This document shows positions 29,261-38,000 of a stretch of DNA of 64,000 bases, piece after piece (position 1 is the first letter of the stretch; the number at the start of each line of letters is the position of its first letter). The notes under the pieces were generated by a model. That model did not search any database, was not told the DNA's origin, and saw nothing but the letters and a program-made list of their open reading frames with translations. The translations under genes were made by a program, and so were the position numbers. Source of the stretch: Coriobacteriales bacterium (GTDB lineage: Bacteria; Actinomycetota; Coriobacteriia; Coriobacteriales; UMGS124); NCBI GenBank assembly GCA_017515595.1, contig JAFWFL010000005.1, positions 4,516 through 68,515 on the forward strand, in the 5' to 3' direction.

Positions 29261-29625
29261 CAATGTCATTAAGTTAACAAGTAAAGATTGCAGATGTCCC
29301 AAAGTAAAGGATCAGGACTCTTTTAGAGGTGCGAATGTCCTAAAGTAAAGGATCAGGACTCTCCGAATGTCCCAAAGTATGGGATCAGGACGCTTGGATA
29401 CCGAGAAGCCCATGTGTACTTTTCTATAATACCAGGTAGAAAGCTTATCATATAAACGCGGGTTTCTCGGTGTGAAAAAGATAGAGTCCTGATCCTTTAC
29501 TTTGGGACATTCGCACCTCTAAAAGAGTCCTGATCCTTTACTTTGGGACATTCGCACCTCTAAAAGAGTCCTGATCCTTTACTTTGGGACATCTGCAATC
29601 TTTACTTGTTAACTTAATGACATTG
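29261..29625. repeat. 365-bp composite palindrome with three tandem units of about 41 nt per arm around a conserved core
   Basis: The right arm carries GAGTCCTGATCCTTTACTTTGGGACATTCGCACCTCTAAAA at 29484 and 29525, plus a partial copy at 29566. The left arm carries the reverse complements. The outer 40 nt (29261..29300 and 29586..29625) are also inverted repeats. Confidence 0.85.
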
Positions 29626-29866
29626 CCTCCATCCCCTTTGGCATACTCTAACTGGCATAATTATAATATCATAAGTTTCTTAGGATACCCAAAAGACAAA
29701 TTTGCGGGTTTCTTAGGATTACAAAAACATACCTCTCACCAATACTTGCCACCAACAGGTTGCGCATACGAGCAACCGCAGTGATGGCTATGCAAGTTGG
29801 CCATAAAGAAACGTCCGACACAATGCGCGCCATTCAGTATCGCGCATACACATGGAGAGGTGAAAC

Positions 29867-31843
29867 ATGGAACTGAATCGTAGGGATTTTCTTAAGAAGT
29901 TTGCTGCAGGCAGTGCCACAGCTATAGCTGCGGGTTCTTTGAGTACAGCTGCTTTTGCAGAAGAAGCCCAGGTAGGTGCTGCAAATATTGAACAATTAGG
30001 CGAAGGCACAGATCCTATAGTAACCGAGTTTGCTTTCCCCGGTGATACCGCTGCTCCTGACCAAACCGAGTATGAAGCAGACGTTGTTGTGGTGGGTTGC
30101 GGATGGGCAGGACTTCATGCAGCCGTTACTGCCGCTCGTGCCGGGCAAAACGTCATTGTAGTTGACAAAGGCCGCCCCGGATACTCGGGCATGGCACCCT
30201 TCTCGCAGGGATGCACCTACTTCGATGCAGAACTCGGCGATAATATGGATGCAAACCTCAAAGTGCTTCAGTACACCGGTGAGTATTTATGCAACATCGA
30301 GGGGTTCCGTCACACCCTTGAAAACTCTAAACAGGCATATGAAGAAAATTTTGAATTTGGTCTGACCGGCGGTTATATGTACGCTCCGGCCTCAGGGATT
30401 ACCGAATTTTCGCAGGACAAAGAGTATTTCCAGGCAAATCTTGCAAATGAACGCCATCATAAGTGGATGCAGGTTTTGAGTGCCGAAGGCGTTACCGTTC
30501 TGCCCCACACCATGGCGGTCAATGTCCTTGTTGCAGATGATGGTCGTGCTTGCGGTATTGTCGCACTTCACGTTAAGAGCGGAACCGCTGTAACGGTAGC
30601 GGCTAAGGCAGTTATTTTGTGCGCCGGCAGCGGCTCATATAAACCGGGCGGTTTTGTTGTAGGCGGAGACACATTTGACGGTGCCTGTATGGCCTATGAT
30701 CTTGGTCTTACCATAGTAGGCATGGAGTTTGACGATTTCCATCAAACTAACTCGTTCGCTCCGGGTGATTACTACTTTAGCAATACCTGGGATTATGTTG
30801 AGCCGTATACGCCATATGACACCTATAACACCGCTCCTGTCAGCGATGACGAAGTCGCCCAGTATGCGGCAGGTAAACACAGCTTTATGTCGGCTAATCG
30901 TGTAAAGCAGGGACTCTACGGTCTTGCGGCAAATGATGGATCAGGAGTCTCAAACCGTACCACCAACGGCTCCGCAAACCCCGATGATCCTCGTTGTGCA
31001 TATTGTCTCTCCTGGGGTGACCAGGGCAAAAACCGTACAGCCGATTCCTATGGTGCATGTCCCGGTATGCCGCTCCACATGGCCTCGGGCGTGTATTGCG
31101 GTTGGGATGAGCGCAATGGTGCAACACCCATCACCGGCCTTTACGTAGCCGGTGACGGTGAGTTTGGCGATATGGCCGAGGGAGTTGTGTACGGTTTTGT
31201 GGGTTCGACATCAACCAACTGCTCGGTTCAGGGCGACCTCGCAGGTGCGGCGGCTGCGGCTTATGCAGACAGTGTCGAGCTCGCAGAACTTCCCGAGGAT
31301 CAGGTAGTCGCTGCTACTGATGCTATATTTGCACCTCGTACAATTACTAAGGGCTGGGATCCCAATTACGTAGTAGACCGCTTGTGCGCTATTATGACCC
31401 CGCCCGAAGTTCAACTCACCAAGAACGCCGTTAACCTTTATGCCGCGCTAACTCAGGTAGAGTATCTCCGCGACAAAGTATGTCCCAAGATGATGGGTTA
31501 TAGCGGTCATGACCTGCGCATCTGTATAGAAGCACAGCACAAGGTCACCTCAGCAGAAATGAAACTTCGCGCTGCTCTTGCCCGCGAAGAAAGCCGTGGC
31601 ACCCACTACCGCGAAGAGTTCCCCTACCGTGACGATGCCAATTTCCTGTGCCATATAGGCCTTTCAAAGAGTGATGATGGACATATGACGGTAAGCAGGA
31701 TAGAAATTCCCGAGGAGTGGAAAGGCGATCTTACCGCCGACTACGCTACACGTTATCCGGGACGTTTCCCCGGTGAGGAAGAAGCCCTTGGCCTTACAGC
31801 TGAGGCTGTAGAAGCCACAGGTTCATATGCACATAAGGACTAA
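29867..31843 (+). CDS. Tat-exported FAD-dependent reductase (FrdA/SdhA/AprA-like flavoprotein)
   Basis: The twin-arginine leader is MELNRRDFLKKFAAGSATAIAAG and the FAD motif is VVVVGCGWAGLHAA. The C-terminal EESRGTHYREEFP resembles the succinate dehydrogenase/fumarate reductase flavoprotein signature. Confidence 0.8.
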   Translation: MELNRRDFLKKFAAGSATAIAAGSLSTAAFAEEAQVGAANIEQLGEGTDPIVTEFAFPGDTAAPDQTEYEADVVVVGCGWAGLHAAVTAARAGQNVIVVDKGRPGYSGMAPFSQGCTYFDAELGDNMDANLKVLQYTGEYLCNIEGFRHTLENSKQAYEENFEFGLTGGYMYAPASGITEFSQDKEYFQANLANERHHKWMQVLSAEGVTVLPHTMAVNVLVADDGRACGIVALHVKSGTAVTVAAKAVILCAGSGSYKPGGFVVGGDTFDGACMAYDLGLTIVGMEFDDFHQTNSFAPGDYYFSNTWDYVEPYTPYDTYNTAPVSDDEVAQYAAGKHSFMSANRVKQGLYGLAANDGSGVSNRTTNGSANPDDPRCAYCLSWGDQGKNRTADSYGACPGMPLHMASGVYCGWDERNGATPITGLYVAGDGEFGDMAEGVVYGFVGSTSTNCSVQGDLAGAAAAAYADSVELAELPEDQVVAATDAIFAPRTITKGWDPNYVVDRLCAIMTPPEVQLTKNAVNLYAALTQVEYLRDKVCPKMMGYSGHDLRICIEAQHKVTSAEMKLRAALAREESRGTHYREEFPYRDDANFLCHIGLSKSDDGHMTVSRIEIPEEWKGDLTADYATRYPGRFPGEEEALGLTAEAVEATGSYAHKD

Positions 31844-31929
31844 TTTCGCATAACCCAAGCCAAGATTACTGTCATATCACGTCAGCCCGGGATAATAAAC
31901 CCGGCCCACAAAAGAGAGGAAACTCTGCG

Positions 31930-32217
31930 ATGAGCGTTGCACGTCTTGATCTTAACAAATGTGTAGGATGCCAAAATTGCGTTAACATTTGCCCCATGGA
32001 TGTCTTTTACTTTGATGAAAATGCCAACAAGTCTGTCATGGCATTTCCCGAGAATTGCCAAAGCTGTGCCCAGTGCTATCTTCACTGCATAGGAGGTTCG
32101 CTCACTATGAGCACCCTGCGTGCAAGCTACGCCATGTCAGGTGGCCGCGCCTTGCGAACCTTCCCCATAGAAAAATCCCAATATGCCCAGGAAACATCAG
32201 GCAGCTGGGGTAAATAA
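31930..32217 (+). CDS. Small 4Fe-4S ferredoxin
   Basis: CVGCQNCVNICP and CQSCAQCYLHC motifs. It lies directly downstream of the flavoprotein. Confidence 0.8.
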   Translation: MSVARLDLNKCVGCQNCVNICPMDVFYFDENANKSVMAFPENCQSCAQCYLHCIGGSLTMSTLRASYAMSGGRALRTFPIEKSQYAQETSGSWGK

Positions 32218-32263
32218 AAAATAACCGGCTACGCCGGTATATAAATACAACTCATCATTTGAT

Positions 32264-32298
32264 GCCGAGAAACCCACGCGGGTTTCTCGGCAAGTTTT
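32264..32298 (+). terminator. Rho-independent terminator (REP-like stem)
   Basis: GCCGAGAAACCC, loop ACGC, GGGTTTCTCGGC, followed by AAGTTTTT. Confidence 0.8.
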
Positions 32299-32300
32299 TG

Positions 32301-33236
32301 CTAAAAATTCTTCCAGCAATTCTCTTTTAGAAATGCTGTAATAATTCCGTCAGCTTCTCCTTCATAGTAGGCTACAAGTAGTTTCTTAAACTCAGAAACA
32401 TGCGCTTCCGGAATGACCAGAAGCCCGTGCCCATGGGCGATCAGAAAATGATTCGCATAGATCACAGCTGCGCGTTTGTTTCCATCGATAAACACCTGAG
32501 TTTTCATGGTATAAAGGCACAAGCAGATTGCTTTATCGATATCTTCCATATCTGACTGCAGAATATCCTCTATCTTTTCTCTGACCTCAAATTCTATCGG
32601 AAGGCGAGGAATATATGATGAGCCGCCTATCGTAACCGGAACCCCGCGGATACGGCCTCCGTCAGCAAAAAAGCCTTCATTGACCAATCGGGCAATATGA
32701 CAGAGGACGTAGTAATCGCTCTTTGCCTGTATTACGCCCGGATCCAGTATGAATTCCCAAGCGTGCTTTAGATTCAGGATCTTCTGAACGTCAGACGCTG
32801 TCATGCCGTTTACTTTCCCGTTTTCTATAATCTCTTCTGTTTGCGGGAACGACGTGGCAACGCCCTCTAAAACAGCCTGATCATAGATGTTCACTTTCAT
32901 ATTGGCTCTGGCAAAGTCCAGATTCTGAATCACACGGGGAGAAACCTCGCCTTCCTGATATCCCAGTTCAGCAAGCGCTTTATCCAGTTTTCGGAGTTGT
33001 TTTTTGAGTTCCCGCGCTTCCCGGGTGTTCCGGAGAAGCAGCTCGTAGAGCTCATCCGAATATACCCCGACATAGGTGGATGTTACTCTGCTCCCAACTC
33101 GTTTTCTTGTATAAAGGTATTTCTTGCCATTGACCTCCTTGATCTCCGTCGTTCCTTCATACGGGATAAGAGAAAGCCTCGCATGCAGATCAGCTCTTTC
33201 ACGAAGGGCGGACTGAATCTCATCGAATACAGACAT
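32301..33236 (-). CDS. Fic/Doc-family protein with a non-canonical active-site motif
   Basis: The Fic-fold region ends in TQVFIDGNKRAAV. This is the Doc-type HxFx(D/N)GNKR motif with Gln in place of the catalytic His. Confidence 0.6.
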   Translation of the reverse strand: MSVFDEIQSALRERADLHARLSLIPYEGTTEIKEVNGKKYLYTRKRVGSRVTSTYVGVYSDELYELLLRNTREARELKKQLRKLDKALAELGYQEGEVSPRVIQNLDFARANMKVNIYDQAVLEGVATSFPQTEEIIENGKVNGMTASDVQKILNLKHAWEFILDPGVIQAKSDYYVLCHIARLVNEGFFADGGRIRGVPVTIGGSSYIPRLPIEFEVREKIEDILQSDMEDIDKAICLCLYTMKTQVFIDGNKRAAVIYANHFLIAHGHGLLVIPEAHVSEFKKLLVAYYEGEADGIITAFLKENCWKNF

Positions 33237-33248
33237 AATAGCATCCTC

Positions 33249-33317
33249 AATTAGGGAACATTACTTGTTTTATTATCATAATATGTTCCCTAATTGTCAA
33301 GCGAAATTAGGGAACAT
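33249..33317. promoter_or_regulatory. Three copies of the 13-mer AATTAGGGAACAT in the Fic upstream region
   Basis: Copies lie at 33249..33261 (direct), 33283..33295 (inverted) and 33305..33317 (direct). They start 13 nt upstream of the Fic start codon. Confidence 0.55.
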
Positions 33318-33464
33318 TCCACTGCATTATAAATAAATAGTTACTGTTCATACGGATCTATAACACGGGACAGACACAGCTCTCATGATTTTTATACTAT
33401 TGTAGTATTGAAATACTCTTTTTTGTGAGTATCATGGTGCATCAGAGAGGAGGGCGTGTTAGGA

Positions 33465-33710
33465 ATGCTCCATATTAGCGTCGTTGATGATGACCGGGAA
33501 CACAGCAGTGTTTTAACCGGATATTTGGAACGCTATTTTTCACAAACACAGAACGAAACATCGCCTGCCGCTCTCTATGAATGCCGGGTGTTTGCTGATG
33601 GCTCTGAGTATCTGGCGAATATGCCTCCCGAAACCGATATCTTGTTTTTGGATATTATTATGTCAAAAACAAACGGAATCGAAACCGCACGCAGGGTACG
33701 TGAGTTCATA
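33465..33710 (+). pseudogene. Truncated response-regulator receiver domain (remnant)
   Basis: MLHISVVDDD...DILFLDIIMSKTNGIETARRVRE matches the first ~80 aa of a receiver domain and is homologous to 35884..35462. After about 33710 the ORF continues as non-homologous sequence, with no output domain. Confidence 0.6.
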
Positions 33711-33835
33711 ATACCTCGTATTCGCTTGGTAAGATACCAAAAATCTCAACCAATTAACCCCCGTAAAGCGCAAACTGTCATTGTTATTGTAGTAACACAG
33801 CTAACTGTCCCCTGTGTTACCCTGTGTTAGCTGTG

Positions 33836-35167
33836 TTAGTCTACCGGAATTGGTATACAAGCAGTCAGAGTAAAAACATTATCGCTTGTATGCCAGGAGC
33901 ATTCGCCGCCATAGCGTTGGATTATGCGGGTAATATTAGGAAGACCGTAGCCATGGCCTGAGTCAGGCTTTGTGGTTTTTGGCATATCCCTGTCTGCATC
34001 AATGGTACCTTTAAACGGATTACTGCAGCGAATGAATGCGAGGTCATTTTGGTAAATGACCGAGAGCTCAATATCACGAACATCCTTGCTTTCTACCTGC
34101 TGTGCAGCTTCAATAGCATTGTCGAGAATATTCCCAAATACCGAAGCGATATCAAAACCACTCATAAAACCAAGACGGCTCCCATCTGCATACATGGCAA
34201 TTCGCAACCCTTTTTGTGTACATTCACGCTTTTTATGGGTGAGAACAATGTCGAGATAGATATTTCCCGTTTTAACACTAAGCGCGGTTGGTTCGATACT
34301 GGTACGAAACTCAGAAATGAGCTGGTCAAGATTGCGGGTCATTTCTTCGCTTGGCTGTCCGGTATCACGAATGGCTTCCAGTGCCGAGACATAGTGTTTA
34401 AGATCATGGTACTGGCGGTATGCCGCATCAAGCGCGGTCTTCTCGGCCTCGTATTGTTTATTGCGCTCTTTCAATATAGACTCCATCTCGACCAGCTCGA
34501 TTTTAGTGAGTTGGTCTGCGAGACTCTTGGCATTCATAACAACCATAATAATGGTCCAAAAAGAGAGTATTAGCATAAGGGCGACAAGACGTATATACAA
34601 AGCATGATCATCATTGTTGTAAGCATACGTACTGCTGCGAATTACAATATAGGGAATGAGCGGCATTAATACGAGAAGGTATTGTTTGAGAGAAAGCTTC
34701 TCTATGCCGGGCACAAATGTCCAGCGCGAGACAAGCCAGAGCAAAAGTCCGGCAACCGCAATAACAATAACAATCCAAAGACCGGTAATAAGCAGCTCCG
34801 GCAATGTCGAAAGTACGTTGTATAACGGTTGCATACAGATATCAACACTAATGATTTTTCCGATTTCGATGCAGAGCAAAAATATGCTTGAGTAATACAA
34901 GCTTTCTACTACATGGAGACGCTTCCAAATGAGCAGCATAATAGTGCCGAGAAGCAATTTCAGAGTGAAGTCATAAATAAAATCGAGATGGATATATTCG
35001 ATGGTGCGCCATGCGGCATAAAAGCCGGCTATACAAACCACTGTTTTGAGTAAAGAAGAGCTCCTGCCTTTTGCATTACGGGTAAAAGCTATAAAGAGTG
35101 CAACCTGAAGTGCTCCAAAAATCCACCAGGTTATGTGTTCCGCGCCAAGTAAATGGTCACTAATCAT
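33836..35167 (-). CDS. AgrC/ComD-type (HPK10, GHKL) membrane sensor histidine kinase
   Basis: There are six to seven N-terminal TM segments. The H-box is YHDLKHYVSAL, the N-box is FGNILDNAIEA and the G-box is GHGYGLPNI. It lies adjacent to a LytTR regulator. Confidence 0.8.
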   Translation of the reverse strand: MISDHLLGAEHITWWIFGALQVALFIAFTRNAKGRSSSLLKTVVCIAGFYAAWRTIEYIHLDFIYDFTLKLLLGTIMLLIWKRLHVVESLYYSSIFLLCIEIGKIISVDICMQPLYNVLSTLPELLITGLWIVIVIAVAGLLLWLVSRWTFVPGIEKLSLKQYLLVLMPLIPYIVIRSSTYAYNNDDHALYIRLVALMLILSFWTIIMVVMNAKSLADQLTKIELVEMESILKERNKQYEAEKTALDAAYRQYHDLKHYVSALEAIRDTGQPSEEMTRNLDQLISEFRTSIEPTALSVKTGNIYLDIVLTHKKRECTQKGLRIAMYADGSRLGFMSGFDIASVFGNILDNAIEAAQQVESKDVRDIELSVIYQNDLAFIRCSNPFKGTIDADRDMPKTTKPDSGHGYGLPNITRIIQRYGGECSWHTSDNVFTLTACIPIPVD

Positions 35168-35180
35168 ATCATATTACCTG

Positions 35181-35884
35181 CTAACGTGACGAAGCGACAT
35201 ACTCGGAAAGCGCCGCTAAAAAGAGCGATTTGCGGTGTTTGCTTATGGGAATCTCGTTGCCCCGGATTACCAGGCGGTCAGGCAAAACCGACTCAGCATA
35301 GGCAAAGTTAACAAGAAACGCGCTATGGACCCGGTAAAACGACGTGGCATCGAGTTTTGCTTCGACTGCTTTCATGGGTTCTGAGCAGTCAAAATCACCG
35401 GTTTCGGTATGAATCAGGGTTTTCTTTCGTTGTGTTTCTACGTAGAGGATTTTTCGCTCATCTATAAAGTGCTCGAGTTTCCTTCTTTAATACATACCAA
35501 GTGTGGCGTATGACGTTCGGTAAAAGTCATAATTCTGTCGAGCATCTGAGTAAACGAAAAGAACGAGATAGGTTTGATGAGATACCCCAGCGCACCTACC
35601 GTATAACCTTCGAGGGCAAAACTGTCAAGGTTGGTAAGGAACGCAAGCGGCATAGTGCAACCTCTGTTGCGTAATTCGCGGGCAGCTTCGACTCCGTTTA
35701 TGAGCGGCATTTCTATATCAAGCAGTATAAACGCTGCTTTCTCGGGATGGGCTTCGAGCAGCTCTTTGCCGTTGGAAAACACTTGTACCTCAAAAGAAAG
35801 GTTATGGTCTTTTGCGTACGTATCAAGATATGTGCATAAAGATCGCACGTCATTCTCGGAATCCTCTGCAACCATAACCAGCAT
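35181..35884 (-). pseudogene. LytR/AlgR (LytTR) family response regulator, interrupted by a frameshift
   Basis: The receiver domain (35884..35462) ends ...HLVCIKEGNSSTL-stop. The LytTR domain continues in another frame as KLEHFIDERKILYVETQRKKTLIHTETG...MKAVEAKLD...FYRVHSAFLVN (to 35181). The frame change is near 35465..35480. Confidence 0.7.
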
Positions 35885-36068
35885 ACCATCCACCCTCCCT
35901 TGAGTGATTGACGCTTTTAATAGAGTACCACAATAAGACCAAACAGTCGCAGGAGATATCCAGTTAGTCACAATGGCTTGAATTGCCCGCCGGTACCTGT
36001 CAATCTACGGATGCGAGGCAAGAAACAGCAATGCTTTTAACCAAACATCCCAAGAAAGGGGACCAATT

Positions 36069-37805
36069 ATGAGCAAGAGTTTTGACCGCCGTTCATTCAT
36101 TACCGGAAGTGCAACCATGGCTGCAGCCGCAGCTCTCGGAACTTCTGCCATGGCGTTCGCCGCCGAGGAGAACTCTCTGGCAGCGTTTGTTGCACCCGAG
36201 ACGGCAACCGTCCGAGCCGGATATCTTTCATATTTTGACTGGCTGGGCGAGGCACCCGTTATTGATGAGTCGCTTATTGTTGACGAACAGGCAGTTGACG
36301 TTGTAATTGTCGGCGCCGGTGCTTCTGGTATGTGCGCAGCACTTTCTGCTGCCGAGAATGGCGCAAGCGTTGCTGTTATTGAGAAGCAGCCCGAAGACAT
36401 GTATATGTTCATAGGCCATGACATTGGTACACTGAACTCGGAATATGTTCTCTCCAAGGGCGGGCAGGCAATTGATACCGCAGAGTTTATTCAGGACTGG
36501 CAGCGCCGCAACGGAGACCGCACCAACTCTGCTCTTACCCGCATCTTTGCCGAGAATTCCGGTAAGGCTCTTGACTGGATTCTTTCTCACCTGTCCGACG
36601 AAATCATTGAGAACTGCGGTGTATTTGCGGTACCGTATCCCACTGAATATCCGGGTGCGATCTCGGGCTTCAAGGCATGGTGCTGCGCGCTTCACTTCCA
36701 GGACGACGGCACCGACTGGCCGGATGCCGCAAAAACGCTCATGGCAGCCGCCAAAGAACTTGGCGCAACATGGGACTTTGACACAGAAGCCGTTGTGCTC
36801 GAGAAGGACGGCGAGCGTGTAAGCGGCGTTATTGCTCAGCTTCCCGACGGTACCTACAAGCGCTATACCGCTGCTAAAGCCGTTATTCTTGCTGCCGGCG
36901 ATTACGGTGGAAACCCGCTTATGACCTTTGCTCTGAACGACGAGTACCGCAACTTTGTTGAGGTTCGCCGCCAGGATTGGTCAGAGATTCGTTCTATGAG
37001 CGGCCGCACCGGTGACGGACAAAAGATGGGCTGCTGGGCCGGTGCCGTTATGGAGCCGGGTCCCCGCGCTTCTATGGGTCGTGCCATGGGTGCCGGATGC
37101 TTTGGCGACCTCGCTATGATTCAGATGAACGCCAAAGGCAAGCGCTTTATGAACGAAGGCATCTTTGGTGTTTGGGGCAATTACTTCCAGCAAATGCGTC
37201 AGCCTATTGGCCGAATCTATGCAGTTATTGACAGCAAGTGGCGTGAATTCGTGCAGAAAAACGCTCCCGAGCATGTATATCCCGGTACCGGTGGCTGGCA
37301 TGACGGCGGCTTCCTGACAACACTCGACGAAGAGCTCCCCAAGGTTCTCGAAGCCGGCGCAGAAGGTTACAAGATTCGCGGTTGCGCAACCTATGCAGCC
37401 AATACGCTCGAAGAACTTGCCGATTACCTCGAGCTTGAGGGTGAGGTCCGCGACAACTTCTTTGCGAGCATCGAGCGTTACAACGAGCTTGCTGCCGCAG
37501 GCAAAGACACCGACTTTGGTAAGGACGCCTTCCTCATGGAGCCCATTAGCGAGCCGCCGTTCTATTGCTCAACTCTGAGCAACGAGAAGTTCAGCCTTGG
37601 TCTCGTAGAGCTCTCCGGTCTCGTAGTTGACGAGAACCAAAACTGCCTTACCGCCATGGGCGATCCCATCCCCGGCCTTTATACCGTAGGTAACAACTGC
37701 GGCGGACGTTTTGCCCTCCAGTATCACACCCCCATTGCCGGTATCTCCATGGGCTGGGCCACCACCATGGGCTACATGCTTGGCAAGACTGTAGCAGCCC
37801 TGTAA
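36069..37805 (+). CDS. Tat-exported FAD-dependent oxidoreductase (flavocytochrome/fumarate-reductase-like flavoprotein)
   Basis: The twin-arginine leader is MSKSFDRRSFITGSATMAAAAALG and the FAD motif is VDVVIVGAGASGMCAA. It is a paralog of 2498..4201. Confidence 0.8.
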   Translation: MSKSFDRRSFITGSATMAAAAALGTSAMAFAAEENSLAAFVAPETATVRAGYLSYFDWLGEAPVIDESLIVDEQAVDVVIVGAGASGMCAALSAAENGASVAVIEKQPEDMYMFIGHDIGTLNSEYVLSKGGQAIDTAEFIQDWQRRNGDRTNSALTRIFAENSGKALDWILSHLSDEIIENCGVFAVPYPTEYPGAISGFKAWCCALHFQDDGTDWPDAAKTLMAAAKELGATWDFDTEAVVLEKDGERVSGVIAQLPDGTYKRYTAAKAVILAAGDYGGNPLMTFALNDEYRNFVEVRRQDWSEIRSMSGRTGDGQKMGCWAGAVMEPGPRASMGRAMGAGCFGDLAMIQMNAKGKRFMNEGIFGVWGNYFQQMRQPIGRIYAVIDSKWREFVQKNAPEHVYPGTGGWHDGGFLTTLDEELPKVLEAGAEGYKIRGCATYAANTLEELADYLELEGEVRDNFFASIERYNELAAAGKDTDFGKDAFLMEPISEPPFYCSTLSNEKFSLGLVELSGLVVDENQNCLTAMGDPIPGLYTVGNNCGGRFALQYHTPIAGISMGWATTMGYMLGKTVAAL

Positions 37806-37826
37806 TCAAAACATTCCATCCTAAAT

Positions 37827-37874
37827 AATCAGCTTGCCGAGAAGCCCCCGGGTTTCTCGGCAAGCTGATTTTAG
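37827..37874 (+). terminator. Rho-independent terminator (REP-like stem)
   Basis: AATCAGCTTGCCGAGAAGCCC pairs with GGGTTTCTCGGCAAGCTGATT and is followed by TT. Confidence 0.8.
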
Positions 37875-38000
37875 TGTATACAGAGGTCATGTGTACACAT
37901 GAACTGCACATCAGCCATCATCTGTTTTGAACGCGTGATGAACTGCGTAAGGCTCGCGGCTTTGAAGGTTCTGCCACAGCAGACCGCGCAATATATACTA

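Noticed and set aside
33711-33830. The C-terminal 40 aa of ORF 33456..33830, read as part of a functional small response regulator
   Set aside because: Similarity to receiver domains stops near 33710. The remainder overlaps repeat-like DNA (CTGTGTTA repeats and the AACTGTCCCCTG word). It was called a truncated remnant.
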